From the NCBI GenBank assembly GCA_017543835.1, contig JAFYFJ010000065.1:1-41164 (forward strand): a DNA stretch of 41,164 nucleotides. The letters are read 5' to 3'. The position numbers and the translations under genes are program-made. The DNA comes from Alphaproteobacteria bacterium. GTDB taxonomy: Bacteria > Pseudomonadota > Alphaproteobacteria > RF32 > CAG-239. Below are positions 1-8,593 of this stretch, piece after piece. How positions within the stretch are numbered: position 1 is the stretch's first letter; each line of letters starts with the position of its first letter. The notes under the pieces were generated by a model. That model worked only from the letters and a program-made list of their open reading frames with translations. It did no database searches and was not told the origin of the DNA.

Positions 1-935
1 TTACAACGCGGTTTGTGCGTTATTGGCAACCGACGATAGCGCTGTGGTTTGAGTCGGAATTTTGGCCGGCGATGCTCTCCAGTATTAAGCGCAGAAATAT
101 TCCGCTGATTTTGATTAACGGGCGGATTTCCAACAAATCGTTCAAGCGCTGGCAACAGTTTGATTACATCATTAAAGAACTGCTCGACTGCTTTACGGCT
201 TGCCTCGGACAGTCGGAAGAAGACGCGTATCGTCTGCGTATTTTGGGGGCAAAAGACGCGATGTGTTTGGGCAATTTGAAGTATGCCGGTTTGCCGATTC
301 CGGTAGACCAGGAAAAAAAGGCGGAATTGCTCAGACAAATCGGCGAAAGACCGCTGTGGCTCGTGAGTTCGACCCATAACGACGAGGAATTTAAAATCGG
401 CCGCTTTTTGAAGGATTTGCAGGCAAAACATCCGAATTTGCTGACCTTAATCGCGCCGCGTCACCCGAACAGAGGTCCGGAGATTAAGGAAAAATTGCAA
501 CAGGATTACGGATTAAATGTGGCGTTGCGTTCAGCAAATGAACCGATTACGCCGAAAACCGATGTTTATGTGGCAGATACCATCGGTGAAATGGGAATTT
601 GGTATGAAATCGCGCCGATTGTGTTTATCGGCGGGTCGCTTATTCCGCACGGCGGGCAGAACTTTATGGAGCCGTCGCGTTGCCGCGATGCCGTAATTGT
701 CGGACCGCACATGCATAACTTTACCGATGCGATGACCAGAGCCAAACACGCCGACGGCATTATTCAGGTCAACGATGTTTTGGAATTGATTGATATGGTT
801 GACCAGCTTCTGACCAACAAAGAATTGCTCGAAGCAAAGCGCAGTTTGGCATATAATTGGGCAACCGGCGAAGCCAAAGTTTTGGACGGTATTGTTGAAA
901 AAATCCAAGGATATATGGTCAATGAAGACTCCTAA
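1..935 (+). CDS. waaA: 3-deoxy-D-manno-octulosonic acid (Kdo) transferase, 5' end lies outside the window
   Basis: Motifs WFESEFWP, LINGRIS, GNLKY, STH..EE, IAPRHP.R, DTIGEMG, GGSL.PHGGQNFMEP. The frame is open from the window edge, and the gene overlaps lpxK. Confidence 0.95.
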   Translation, partial: TTRFVRYWQPTIALWFESEFWPAMLSSIKRRNIPLILINGRISNKSFKRWQQFDYIIKELLDCFTACLGQSEEDAYRLRILGAKDAMCLGNLKYAGLPIPVDQEKKAELLRQIGERPLWLVSSTHNDEEFKIGRFLKDLQAKHPNLLTLIAPRHPNRGPEIKEKLQQDYGLNVALRSANEPITPKTDVYVADTIGEMGIWYEIAPIVFIGGSLIPHGGQNFMEPSRCRDAVIVGPHMHNFTDAMTRAKHADGIIQVNDVLELIDMVDQLLTNKELLEAKRSLAYNWATGEAKVLDGIVEKIQGYMVNEDS

Positions 936-1887
936 ATATTGGCAATCAAACTCGCTTGTTTCCAAACTGTTGACACCTTTGGGAAAGTTATACGGCTTGG
1001 CGACCGCGTTGCGCCTCAAAATCAAAAAATCGCGCAAAGCTGAAGTGCCTGTTATTTGTATCGGAAACATAACCGCCGGCGGCACCGGTAAAACGCCGGT
1101 GGCGATTTCTGTTGCCAAGATGCTGACAACCGCAATGCGTCATCCGATTTTTGTAACACGCGGTTACGGCGGCAAGTTGCAAAATGTGTTGGTCAACAAC
1201 AAAAAACATACGGCGCAGGATGTCGGCGACGAGCCGCTTTTACTTTCGGATCAGGCGCCGGTGGTGGTTAATGCCGACCGCTATGCCGGTGCTGAGATGG
1301 CGGTGCGTGAGGGTGCTGATGTCGTGATTATGGACGACGGCTTTCAAAATCCGACGCTTTTTAAGGACTTGTCGTTTTTGGTATTTGACGGGCATTACGG
1401 TATCGGTAACGGTAAAATTATTCCGGCCGGTCCGTTGCGCGAAACTTTTGAGGACGGGATTAAACGTGCCGATGCGCTGATTATTTTGGGCAAAGATAAG
1501 CACGGCTTGGCCGAGCGCACAAAATTGCCGGTGTTCTACGGACATACCGAGCCGACACAGACAACCGTCGGCGATACCGATGTGGTGGCATTTGCCGGTA
1601 TCGGTCATCCGCAAAAGTTTTATCACACCTTGCAGCAACAGGGCTTTAATGTGGTGGAAACCGTCGATTTTCCGGACCATCACTTTTATAAAAAAGACGA
1701 AATCGAGCGCATTTTGCAACGCGCCAAAGAGTTAAATGCCGAAGTTTATACCACGGGCAAGGATTTTGTAAAGATTCCGACGCTGTATCACAACAGTATC
1801 AATGTGCTTGAAATTGCGGTGGTGTGGGATAAGCCGGAAAAGTTGTTGCAATTTATTCAAGATAAGATTTTCGGCGCTGAAGAATAA
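922..1887 (+). CDS. lpxK: Tetraacyldisaccharide 4'-kinase (lipid A 4'-kinase)
   Basis: PVICIGNITAGGTGKTP Walker A, RGYGG, GDEPLLL, MDDGFQN, PAGPLRE, FAGIGHP.KF, FPDHH. Start placed at ATG 922 (MKTPKYW). Confidence 0.95.
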   Translation: MKTPKYWQSNSLVSKLLTPLGKLYGLATALRLKIKKSRKAEVPVICIGNITAGGTGKTPVAISVAKMLTTAMRHPIFVTRGYGGKLQNVLVNNKKHTAQDVGDEPLLLSDQAPVVVNADRYAGAEMAVREGADVVIMDDGFQNPTLFKDLSFLVFDGHYGIGNGKIIPAGPLRETFEDGIKRADALIILGKDKHGLAERTKLPVFYGHTEPTQTTVGDTDVVAFAGIGHPQKFYHTLQQQGFNVVETVDFPDHHFYKKDEIERILQRAKELNAEVYTTGKDFVKIPTLYHNSINVLEIAVVWDKPEKLLQFIQDKIFGAEE

Positions 1888-1968
1888 TCCTTTACTTTAA
1901 GCTGTTTTCGTGCTTTAATGGGTTCAACAAACAAATTATCAAAGTTGAATCATTAAAACTATCATTAT

Positions 1969-3168
1969 ATGGACATAGCTGAAATTATGGAATGTTTCAG
2001 CCATAAGTGCTGGACATGGCGACGCGCCTTTTGCAACTTCTTTTTGTTGCGGCACAATCTTTATGCCGTCAAGTTGAAAGCGGAAATCGAGCCGGAAATG
2101 CTTGCGCAGTGCTGTCGTAATGAGGGCGATTTGCAAGAGATGTGGCGGTTGGCAAACTATCTCGATGATACCGAGGAAGAAATGCTCGAAATCATCGGCG
2201 ATTATCGCTATTTTCGCCCGATACCGTGGCAATACGATTTTGTGGAACAGATTTGCGAAAAGTCGAAACAGACGATTCCTCAGACTCTGCATTTGGATGC
2301 GCTGACCGACGCTTATTGCGTTGCGCTTTTTTCGGACAGGATTGACTTGCCGGAATTGACGCGGCAACTCGATGAAACTTATCTGAAGCTTTACGGAGAA
2401 GCGGCACACAAGCAGGAATTGTTGAAGCGCAATTTTTCGCTGACGTTGGAAACACTCGGACATCGTCGTTGGGGCGAAAGTTTCGACGGCTTGAATTTTC
2501 GCGAACTGGTTGAGGCCTACTTGCCCGACTGCCGCGAAAAAGGTATTGTTAAGGCATTGCAACAGGCCGAAACCGCCGAACTCAAACTTTCGGCCGAAGA
2601 ACGTGCGGCTCTGGGCTTTGCCTACTATTCGCCTTTTTTCATCAATGAGGCCGAATTGCAAAAGGGCAAAACACCTAAAAGCAGCATTTTCTCGTGTGTC
2701 GAAGAGCGGTTGAAAATAGAGCGGGAATATCGCAAAACGCTTAACGAATCACGTTATCGCGCACAAAGCGAAGATGAGGAGGACAACATTGACGATGCGC
2801 TTGCCAATACGCATAATGCCGTCTTTGTTGACCCGCTGGAAAAGTGTCTGATTGATACGCGTTACGGCGATGTGCTGTATGCCAATGTGTATATCGAACG
2901 TACGCCGGAGGATTTTTTGAACAATTCTCTGCCGGATTTTATTCGTTATCACAGAGGTTGCCTTTACACCGTTGAGTTTGTTGACGACATCAGACGGCTT
3001 GAAGTGGCTCAAGAGATGTTGCAACGTTTGAACGATGTTAATCGCAAAATGCTGTGGCTCGAACGTCATCAGTTGTTTGCGGGCAACGGCGCTTGGTCAA
3101 TCGCCGCGCGGCAAAAATATGCCGAATTGTATGCCGAACGCGCAACCTGTTTTTACGTCTGCACATAA
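1969..3168 (+). CDS. Hypothetical protein, 399 aa, probably helical, no family recognised
   Basis: Long ORF with host-like codon usage, an AT-rich upstream gap and a terminator directly after the stop. Confidence 0.8.
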   Translation: MDIAEIMECFSHKCWTWRRAFCNFFLLRHNLYAVKLKAEIEPEMLAQCCRNEGDLQEMWRLANYLDDTEEEMLEIIGDYRYFRPIPWQYDFVEQICEKSKQTIPQTLHLDALTDAYCVALFSDRIDLPELTRQLDETYLKLYGEAAHKQELLKRNFSLTLETLGHRRWGESFDGLNFRELVEAYLPDCREKGIVKALQQAETAELKLSAEERAALGFAYYSPFFINEAELQKGKTPKSSIFSCVEERLKIEREYRKTLNESRYRAQSEDEEDNIDDALANTHNAVFVDPLEKCLIDTRYGDVLYANVYIERTPEDFLNNSLPDFIRYHRGCLYTVEFVDDIRRLEVAQEMLQRLNDVNRKMLWLERHQLFAGNGAWSIAARQKYAELYAERATCFYVCT

Positions 3169-3213
3169 AACGAAACCTCTGCCGACAAGTTGTCCGCAGA
3201 GGTTTTGTTTTTT
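3167..3213. terminator. Likely bidirectional intrinsic terminator between convergent genes
   Basis: Stem AAACCTCTGC (3173-3182) / GCAGAGGTTT (3196-3205) with inner GACAA/TTGTC pairing, flanked by A- and T-tracts. Confidence 0.8.
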
Positions 3214-3241
3214 AGCGCAAACGGACTATTGCCGCTTGTTA

Positions 3242-3829
3242 TTAATCGTCTTTCTTTTCTTCATCGGTTGCCGGTTTCGGTTGAGCCGAAAACGGACGAA
3301 TACCCGCTCTGCCCGAAAGATGCGGCTTACGCATTTCCGGCTTATCTTGTTGCGGCATTTGCATATCTTTTAAATGCTTTTTATGTTTCTTAAAATGTTT
3401 CGGCGCGTGCATAGCGTCAAAAACATCGGCGCGACCGTCGGCGGCATTGATAATGATGACCGTGCCGGCACCGTCCGAGAACATCGGCATAGCGCCATAA
3501 TGTTTCGGCGCTTTCATCATTGTTTGATGCGGCGCTTTGCTCGGGCAACGACCGCAACAGCCGTGCAGCAATTCGTTAAAGCCCATACCGGCCAAGAAGA
3601 CGATGAGCAATGCAATCAACTTGCCGCCGCAACGTTTGCCGCAACGGCATCCGCAACCGCAGTTGCAACCGCCGTTTTCGCCGCAATGGCATCCGCAACC
3701 GCAGTTGCAACCGCCGTTTTCGCCGCAATGGCACTCTTTGCCTTCATTACAGCCGCAAGTGCATTCCGGCCCGCAATTACATTTCTTTTCCGGTGCGGTT
3801 TCCGGTGTTTTTTTATCTTTTGAAGCCAT
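3242..3829 (-). CDS. Membrane protein with N-terminal metallothionein-like Cys-rich domain
   Basis: 18 Cys in residues 17-67 (CxC/CxCxC), then hydrophobic helix LIALLIVFLAGMGF and a His/Lys-rich tail. RBS AAGGAAAG upstream. Confidence 0.75.
   Translation of the reverse strand: MASKDKKTPETAPEKKCNCGPECTCGCNEGKECHCGENGGCNCGCGCHCGENGGCNCGCGCRCGKRCGGKLIALLIVFLAGMGFNELLHGCCGRCPSKAPHQTMMKAPKHYGAMPMFSDGAGTVIIINAADGRADVFDAMHAPKHFKKHKKHLKDMQMPQQDKPEMRKPHLSGRAGIRPFSAQPKPATDEEKKDD
3638..3733 (-). repeat. 42-bp tandem repeat (2 copies plus partial) encoding CHCGENGGCNCGCG
   Basis: Unit GCCGCAA(C/T)GGCATCCGCAACCGCAGTTGCAACCGCCGTTTTC repeated head-to-tail on the + strand. Confidence 0.9.
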
Positions 3830-3984
3830 ATTTCTTTCCTTTCGTTATTATTTTCTTTCTATAAAATAAGAATTAATTATGTAAAAGTCCAGTAAAAAAA
3901 TGTTGACTAAAGTATGTAAAAAGCATAATATCCGACCGAAAAATCATAATGTAGATATAATTATTTAATTAAATTTTTGTGTGT

Positions 3985-4266
3985 ATGAGTAAAAAACAAC
4001 TGACTTTGGTAGACATTCGCCGTGCAATTGATGACCTGCGTGATTCGGAATTGAGTGAAGATGTGCGCAAGATGTCTGATGAAGCGCTTCTCAAATGTGA
4101 ACTTGAGGAAGATTTAGGGCTGGACAGTATGGATATTGTCGACTTTACCTTGAATTTGGAAAACAACTGTAATATTTGTCTGCCGCATCATATCGTAGAA
4201 GATATCAGACGCGACGGGCGGACGGTTGAAAAGTGCCTTGACGTGTGTAATTCGCTTCATTTCTGA
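3985..4266 (+). CDS. Acyl carrier protein-like (phosphopantetheine attachment domain)
   Basis: LEEDLGLDSMDIVDF..LE motif with conserved Ser; acidic protein of about 93 aa. Confidence 0.75.
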   Translation: MSKKQLTLVDIRRAIDDLRDSELSEDVRKMSDEALLKCELEEDLGLDSMDIVDFTLNLENNCNICLPHHIVEDIRRDGRTVEKCLDVCNSLHF

Positions 4267-4287
4267 GCGTGCACGTTTTTTCTCTGA

Positions 4288-4338
4288 CCGGTCGTTTCGG
4301 ATTGTGCCTTTCGGCATATCCGGCGGCCGGCTTTTTTG
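4288..4338 (+). terminator. Intrinsic terminator after the ACP-like gene
   Basis: Long imperfect hairpin CCGGTCG...GTGCC-TTTC-GGCAT...CGGCCGG followed by CTTTTTT. Confidence 0.6.
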
Positions 4339-4350
4339 TGCGCCGCGTTA

Positions 4351-5388
4351 TTACATGAACCACTTTAAGAGGCGGATAATGCCCATTTTGGCGGCCGAAT
4401 TATGTGCCGATACATTTTTGCGGGCGGCGATTTCGGCGCGGTTTTGATGATAATATTCATACGCCTTGAGCAACATTTCTTCGTTTTTCAAGGTCGGCTT
4501 AAAACCGAGCTTTCGCTTGATTTTGGAGGTGTTGAACACAAAGTTTGAAGCAATCATTTTGTATTGATAAGGCCCGAGCGGCGATAAATGCAACCAAAAA
4601 CAAATTTTCATCGCCAGAATCATCGGCCACTTCGGGAAATGCATCAACCGCGACTTTGAGCCGGAATGTTCAATCACATAAGTATAAACTTCGTTAAATG
4701 TTTTGACGTTGTCCGACCCGATGTTGAAAATGTCGGAATAATCGGCCGCAAGCGCCAATTCAAACGCCTTTGCCATATCTTTGGCATAAATAAACTGATA
4801 CACATTTTTGCCGTCACCGACCATCGGCAATTTGCGGTTTTCATCAATAAACTCAAACAAAATCGCGAGCAAACCCAAGCGTCCCTCGTCCATAATCGTC
4901 GGCGAGCGGAAGATAATGCTGTTAATCTTATCTTTGTGCGTCATCAGGATTTTTTCGCACTCCCACTTGGATTTACCGTAAATTTCCTGCGGCTCCGGCA
5001 CTTCATCTTCTGTTACCGGCTCATCAAAATTTTTGGCCCACAGGCAGTTTGAAGAAATGAAGATGATTTTGTTAACACCGTGCTTTTCCGCCATTTCGCA
5101 GACCATACGCGTGCCGTCAACATTGGAGTGCCATAATCTCTTTAAATCAGATTTGACGTGCGCCAACAAAGCGGCACAATGAAATACAGCATCAAATTTG
5201 TGCTCGGAAAAAACTTTTTCCATCAATATCTCATTACATATATCGCCTTGAATTGCCGTAAAATTTTCGTGCTTAAAATCATCGTACACCAAATCGATAC
5301 TGACGCATTTATCGCCTTTTTCCAAAAAATATTTTTTCAAAATCGAACCGAAAAATCCGGCGCCGCCGGTAATCAAATATTCTGCCAT
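4351..5388 (-). CDS. NAD-dependent epimerase/dehydratase (extended SDR)
   Basis: ITGGAGFFG Rossmann motif, FHCAA, NVDGT, ISS, catalytic YGKSK, FIYAKD. RBS AAGGAG. Confidence 0.9.
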   Translation of the reverse strand: MAEYLITGGAGFFGSILKKYFLEKGDKCVSIDLVYDDFKHENFTAIQGDICNEILMEKVFSEHKFDAVFHCAALLAHVKSDLKRLWHSNVDGTRMVCEMAEKHGVNKIIFISSNCLWAKNFDEPVTEDEVPEPQEIYGKSKWECEKILMTHKDKINSIIFRSPTIMDEGRLGLLAILFEFIDENRKLPMVGDGKNVYQFIYAKDMAKAFELALAADYSDIFNIGSDNVKTFNEVYTYVIEHSGSKSRLMHFPKWPMILAMKICFWLHLSPLGPYQYKMIASNFVFNTSKIKRKLGFKPTLKNEEMLLKAYEYYHQNRAEIAARKNVSAHNSAAKMGIIRLLKWFM

Positions 5389-5412
5389 AACACACTCCTT
5401 GTTACAGCCATA

Positions 5413-5441
5413 CTAGGAAAAATAAATATTTATGTAAAGTT
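5413..5441 (-). promoter_or_regulatory. Putative sigma70 promoter for the epimerase (coordinates approximate)
   Basis: Minus strand TTTACA-N17-TAGTAT upstream of the AAGGAG RBS. Confidence 0.45.
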
Positions 5442-5450
5442 TAAAATGAC

Positions 5451-5873
5451 TTATGCGAATTGTCGGGCAAATTCAAATTTATCAGTGCCGTTAATCAGCT
5501 TAATCTTATCGTTTTGCAAAATCAACGGCAATTCAACCGAAACAAAGGTGCTTCGCTTGTCGGCATTTTCCACAAACGCGGTGACGTTACCCGAGGCCGC
5601 CAAAATAAAGCGGCGCGATGCCGTTGCCCAAATTTGCATAAGTTCGGCCGGCGGATTCTCGTTGCCCGTTTCCAAGCCGAGCGCCATCAGTTTTTTGCCG
5701 CAAACCGTATCATCAAGCGTATAACTTCCGGCGTGTTCGGCAATATATTTTAAGGCCGCACGCTTATTGGCATCGGTCGGTTGATAGCTGATGCTGTAAA
5801 GCACAACGCTGTCGGCGGGGGTCGATACATCTTCGGTGGCGGCGATTTGCCGCGCAAGTTCAAGCTTATTCAT
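5451..5873 (-). CDS. Stand-alone ADP-ribosyl cyclase / CD38-like NAD+ glycohydrolase domain protein
   Basis: Ordered motifs VLYS, YTLDDTVCG, WATASRRF..AA, DKRSTFVSVEL match my recall of CD38 LLWS, FTLEDTLLG, WKTVSRRFAEAA, DKNSTFGSVEV. Confidence 0.7.
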   Translation of the reverse strand: MNKLELARQIAATEDVSTPADSVVLYSISYQPTDANKRAALKYIAEHAGSYTLDDTVCGKKLMALGLETGNENPPAELMQIWATASRRFILAASGNVTAFVENADKRSTFVSVELPLILQNDKIKLINGTDKFEFARQFA

Positions 5874-5890
5874 TGATTGTGCTCGATAAA

Positions 5891-6442
5891 TTATGCTTCT
5901 GCCGCTTCGGCGGTTGCTTTGTTGCGACGCGTATACGGACGGCGGCGCGGTTTACTTTCGGTTTCCGCCGCGGATTCTTCCGGTGCTTTTTCCGGCTCGC
6001 TGACTTCCACCACCGTAAAGTTGCGGCGACGGCGCATTTGCGGTTTTTCCGCCGGTGCGGTCGGTGTATTTTCGGTCGGCTCGACAGGTGCGCTCGGTGC
6101 CGGTGCGGCGCTTTCGGTTTCGACCAAACCGTTGTCGGCAACCGGAGCCGATTCGCCGTTTTCGCTCGGTGCATTGTTTGCGCTTTGTTGTTCGCGTGAC
6201 TGATATTTGCGTTCGTTGATTTCGGTCACGATTTTGCGATAGTGTTCGGCATATTGGCGAAACACTTCCATACCGACATAATCGCCGTTGTTTTGTGCCT
6301 CTTTGGCGAGTTCGTTGTAGCGCTTAATCAAATCAAGCGCGGTGCCGCTGCACTTTCCGGCCGGCGATACGCTGTCAAACTTATAATTCAAAGAATACAC
6401 GGCATTACCGCGAAACTTATTGTTATTGTTGATTTTTTTCAT
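5891..6442 (-). CDS. DUF4167 family protein (conserved in Alphaproteobacteria)
   Basis: FDS..P.GK..G.A..L..RY..LA.EAQ..GD.V..E.F.QYAEHY.KI, followed by a low-complexity tail with PRRRP..RR. Confidence 0.85.
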   Translation of the reverse strand: MKKINNNNKFRGNAVYSLNYKFDSVSPAGKCSGTALDLIKRYNELAKEAQNNGDYVGMEVFRQYAEHYRKIVTEINERKYQSREQQSANNAPSENGESAPVADNGLVETESAAPAPSAPVEPTENTPTAPAEKPQMRRRRNFTVVEVSEPEKAPEESAAETESKPRRRPYTRRNKATAEAAEA

Positions 6443-6577
6443 ATAAATCCATTCAATTTTTTTGCTAAATTAAAATTCAAAGGGCGAGCTAAAAATGCCC
6501 TACGAGAATTATATACTAACTTTTTTTGCGTTTGGCAACAGGTTTTTGCACGGCTGTAAATATTTTTGCGCTTAAAA

Positions 6578-7102
6578 TCAGAATTGCACCAGAGAATAAA
6601 CTTCGGCAATATCTTGCAATTTTTCGCGACCGTGCAAATCGGTCAGCTCAACCGCAAATGCAAATGCGGCGATTTCCGCTCCGAGTCTTTGCACCAAATT
6701 TGCTGCGGCCCGCGCTGTGCCGCCGACGGCGATTAAGTCATCGACAATGATGACGCGGTCGCCTTTTTGGAGCGCATCTCTGTGAATTTCGAGCTTGTCG
6801 GTTCCGTATTCGAGTGCGTATTCTTCGGCAATGGTATCCGCCGGAAGTTTGCCCGGTTTGCGCACCGGCACAAAGCCGCAACCGAGTTTGTAGGCAAGTG
6901 CGGCGCCGAAGATAAAGCCGCGTGCGTCAATCCCGACAACATAATCGATTTCTCGCTCGGCGAAATGTGCTGCCATCTCATCGATAATTTCCTTGAAAAC
7001 CGCCGGATTTTTCATCGCGGTCGTGATGTCTTTGAATTGAATGCCCGGTTTCGGATAATCCGGAACGTTGCGAATGGAATTTTTGATGTCCGTTAAGCTC
7101 AT
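6578..7102 (-). CDS. apt: Adenine phosphoribosyltransferase
   Basis: IRNVPDYPKPGIQFKDITT, DARGFIFG, RKPGKLP, YALEYG, PRPP motif IIVDDLIAVGGT. Start at MSLTDIK. Confidence 0.95.
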   Translation of the reverse strand: MSLTDIKNSIRNVPDYPKPGIQFKDITTAMKNPAVFKEIIDEMAAHFAEREIDYVVGIDARGFIFGAALAYKLGCGFVPVRKPGKLPADTIAEEYALEYGTDKLEIHRDALQKGDRVIIVDDLIAVGGTARAAANLVQRLGAEIAAFAFAVELTDLHGREKLQDIAEVYSLVQF

Positions 7103-7204
7103 TTTATACCTCTTTTTAGCGCTAAATTTCGATACTATTTTTATAAAAACATTTTTTTCAAAATTCAAGCGTATATTTTTTTTGCAAAAATGTGCGAAAA
7201 ACAC

Positions 7205-7233
7205 TTGCATTTGTTAAAAAATAGTGGTAAATT
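7205..7233 (+). promoter_or_regulatory. Putative sigma70 promoter of the hydrolase operon
   Basis: TTGCAT-N17-TAAATT with a TG extension, upstream of the AGAGGAAGG RBS. Confidence 0.5.
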
Positions 7234-7252
7234 TGACAAAAGAGAGGAAGGC

Positions 7253-8575
7253 ATGGATTTCGGGTATAAAACACTTTTGGCTTTGACTTTGGCAACGGCG
7301 GCTTGTTTTAGAGTAAAGGCGCAGAACACGGATTCGGAAAAAAAGCAAAATCTGCAAGAAGTTACGAATACGCGCGATAAGTCGGTGTCTGCCTCAAATG
7401 AAGGAAGCATCTCGTTTTTTGATGCCCGAAAAAATTATGACCCGTCTTCTTCGGCATATCTCGAAACGGAAGATACATCGCATGTGACAAGTGCTTGGGT
7501 GGAACATCCGAGCTTTGAAGAAGAAGTCAAAATGCCGGATATTAAGCCGAAATCGCAGTTAATCGCGCCGAATGTGTTGGCTAAAGATAATGTTACACCG
7601 TGGGAAAATACGCCGGAAGGAATAGAGTTGATGCAAACTTGGATTCGTTTGCAACAAGAAAACGGCAATTATAATGAATTAAAGCCGGAAGATGTGCAAA
7701 ATTTGCAAAAAATCAGCAACACCAGTCATCGATTCTGCGCTTTGGAGGCCGGATTGAAAAATTATGAAATGGACGGCGAAGATATGTTGCGCGCCAACAC
7801 CGACAGCATCGGTGTGGAGTTGGAAAAAGCGGCCGGTAAAGAAGCTACCGGTTCGGGTTCGTTTTGCTATCGGTGGATGAAGCATATTTTGATGGGGCTT
7901 ATTCCGATTGCGTATATGGAAGGTGATTATGCCAGAGAAGCGGCCGAATGGTTGGAAAAATGCCCGAATGTTGTCGGCACGCGCACGACTTTTATACAGA
8001 TGGATAAACTTGTTCCGGGCGCAGTTGCCGTGTTCGGCAAGGGACCGGGTGCTGAGGCCGGGCACATTTTAATCAGCGGCGCGGGTGACCGTAAAATGCT
8101 CAAGGAATATGAAACTGAGTGGGGGCAAAAATATTGGTATAGTCCGGCGCGCGATATTTCGGATAAAATTCGTCCGGCAAATGTGACGGGAAATCGCGGG
8201 AAAAATGGACATTATGCGCCAAAACCGAAAGTATTCTTCACCAAAAATTCGATGGTTTCCGATGTGACGATTTTGAAAGTCGGGTATCAATACACAAGAG
8301 AAAATTCTTCGCAGATGTTTATCAACACGCAGGATGTCTATAATTCGATTTTGAAAATCAACACAAAATCGGCCGAACTTGCGGCAAACAAAATTATAGA
8401 AGCACAAAAAGAAGTGGACGGATTCGTAAAGGCCGAAAACCAGACGGCATACCATAAGTATCCGAGTTTGCGTGCCGAAAAACCGCGTGCATCAAACAGA
8501 AAATTAAGCAAAAGGAAAACTTCAACGCGTCGCACTGCTCACAACAGAAGCAGAGGTCGCGGCGGTTGGGCATAA
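7253..8575 (+). CDS. Exported CHAP/NlpC-P60-like cysteine amidase (putative peptidoglycan hydrolase) with basic C-terminal tail
   Basis: Signal peptide MDFGYKTLLALTLATAACFRVKA|Q; SGSFC205YRWM..IL, PGAVAVF......GH271ILI and ISD fit a papain-fold Cys/His dyad. Confidence 0.6.
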   Translation: MDFGYKTLLALTLATAACFRVKAQNTDSEKKQNLQEVTNTRDKSVSASNEGSISFFDARKNYDPSSSAYLETEDTSHVTSAWVEHPSFEEEVKMPDIKPKSQLIAPNVLAKDNVTPWENTPEGIELMQTWIRLQQENGNYNELKPEDVQNLQKISNTSHRFCALEAGLKNYEMDGEDMLRANTDSIGVELEKAAGKEATGSGSFCYRWMKHILMGLIPIAYMEGDYAREAAEWLEKCPNVVGTRTTFIQMDKLVPGAVAVFGKGPGAEAGHILISGAGDRKMLKEYETEWGQKYWYSPARDISDKIRPANVTGNRGKNGHYAPKPKVFFTKNSMVSDVTILKVGYQYTRENSSQMFINTQDVYNSILKINTKSAELAANKIIEAQKEVDGFVKAENQTAYHKYPSLRAEKPRASNRKLSKRKTSTRRTAHNRSRGRGGWA

Positions 8576-8593
8576 CGGACAAAGGAGCGTTAA

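Noticed and set aside
3374-3869. Ala/Thr- and Pro/Gln-rich repeat ORFs on the + strand
   Set aside because: Alternative readings of the 42-bp repeat; the minus-strand ORF has an RBS, a TM helix and a convergent terminator.
3903-3929. TTGACT...CATAAT promoter for the ACP-like gene
   Set aside because: The spacer is only 15 bp in very AT-rich DNA; not distinguishable from chance.
3985-5388. ACP plus epimerase as a biosynthetic gene cluster
   Set aside because: The genes are convergent, separately terminated, and no synthase or ligase is nearby.
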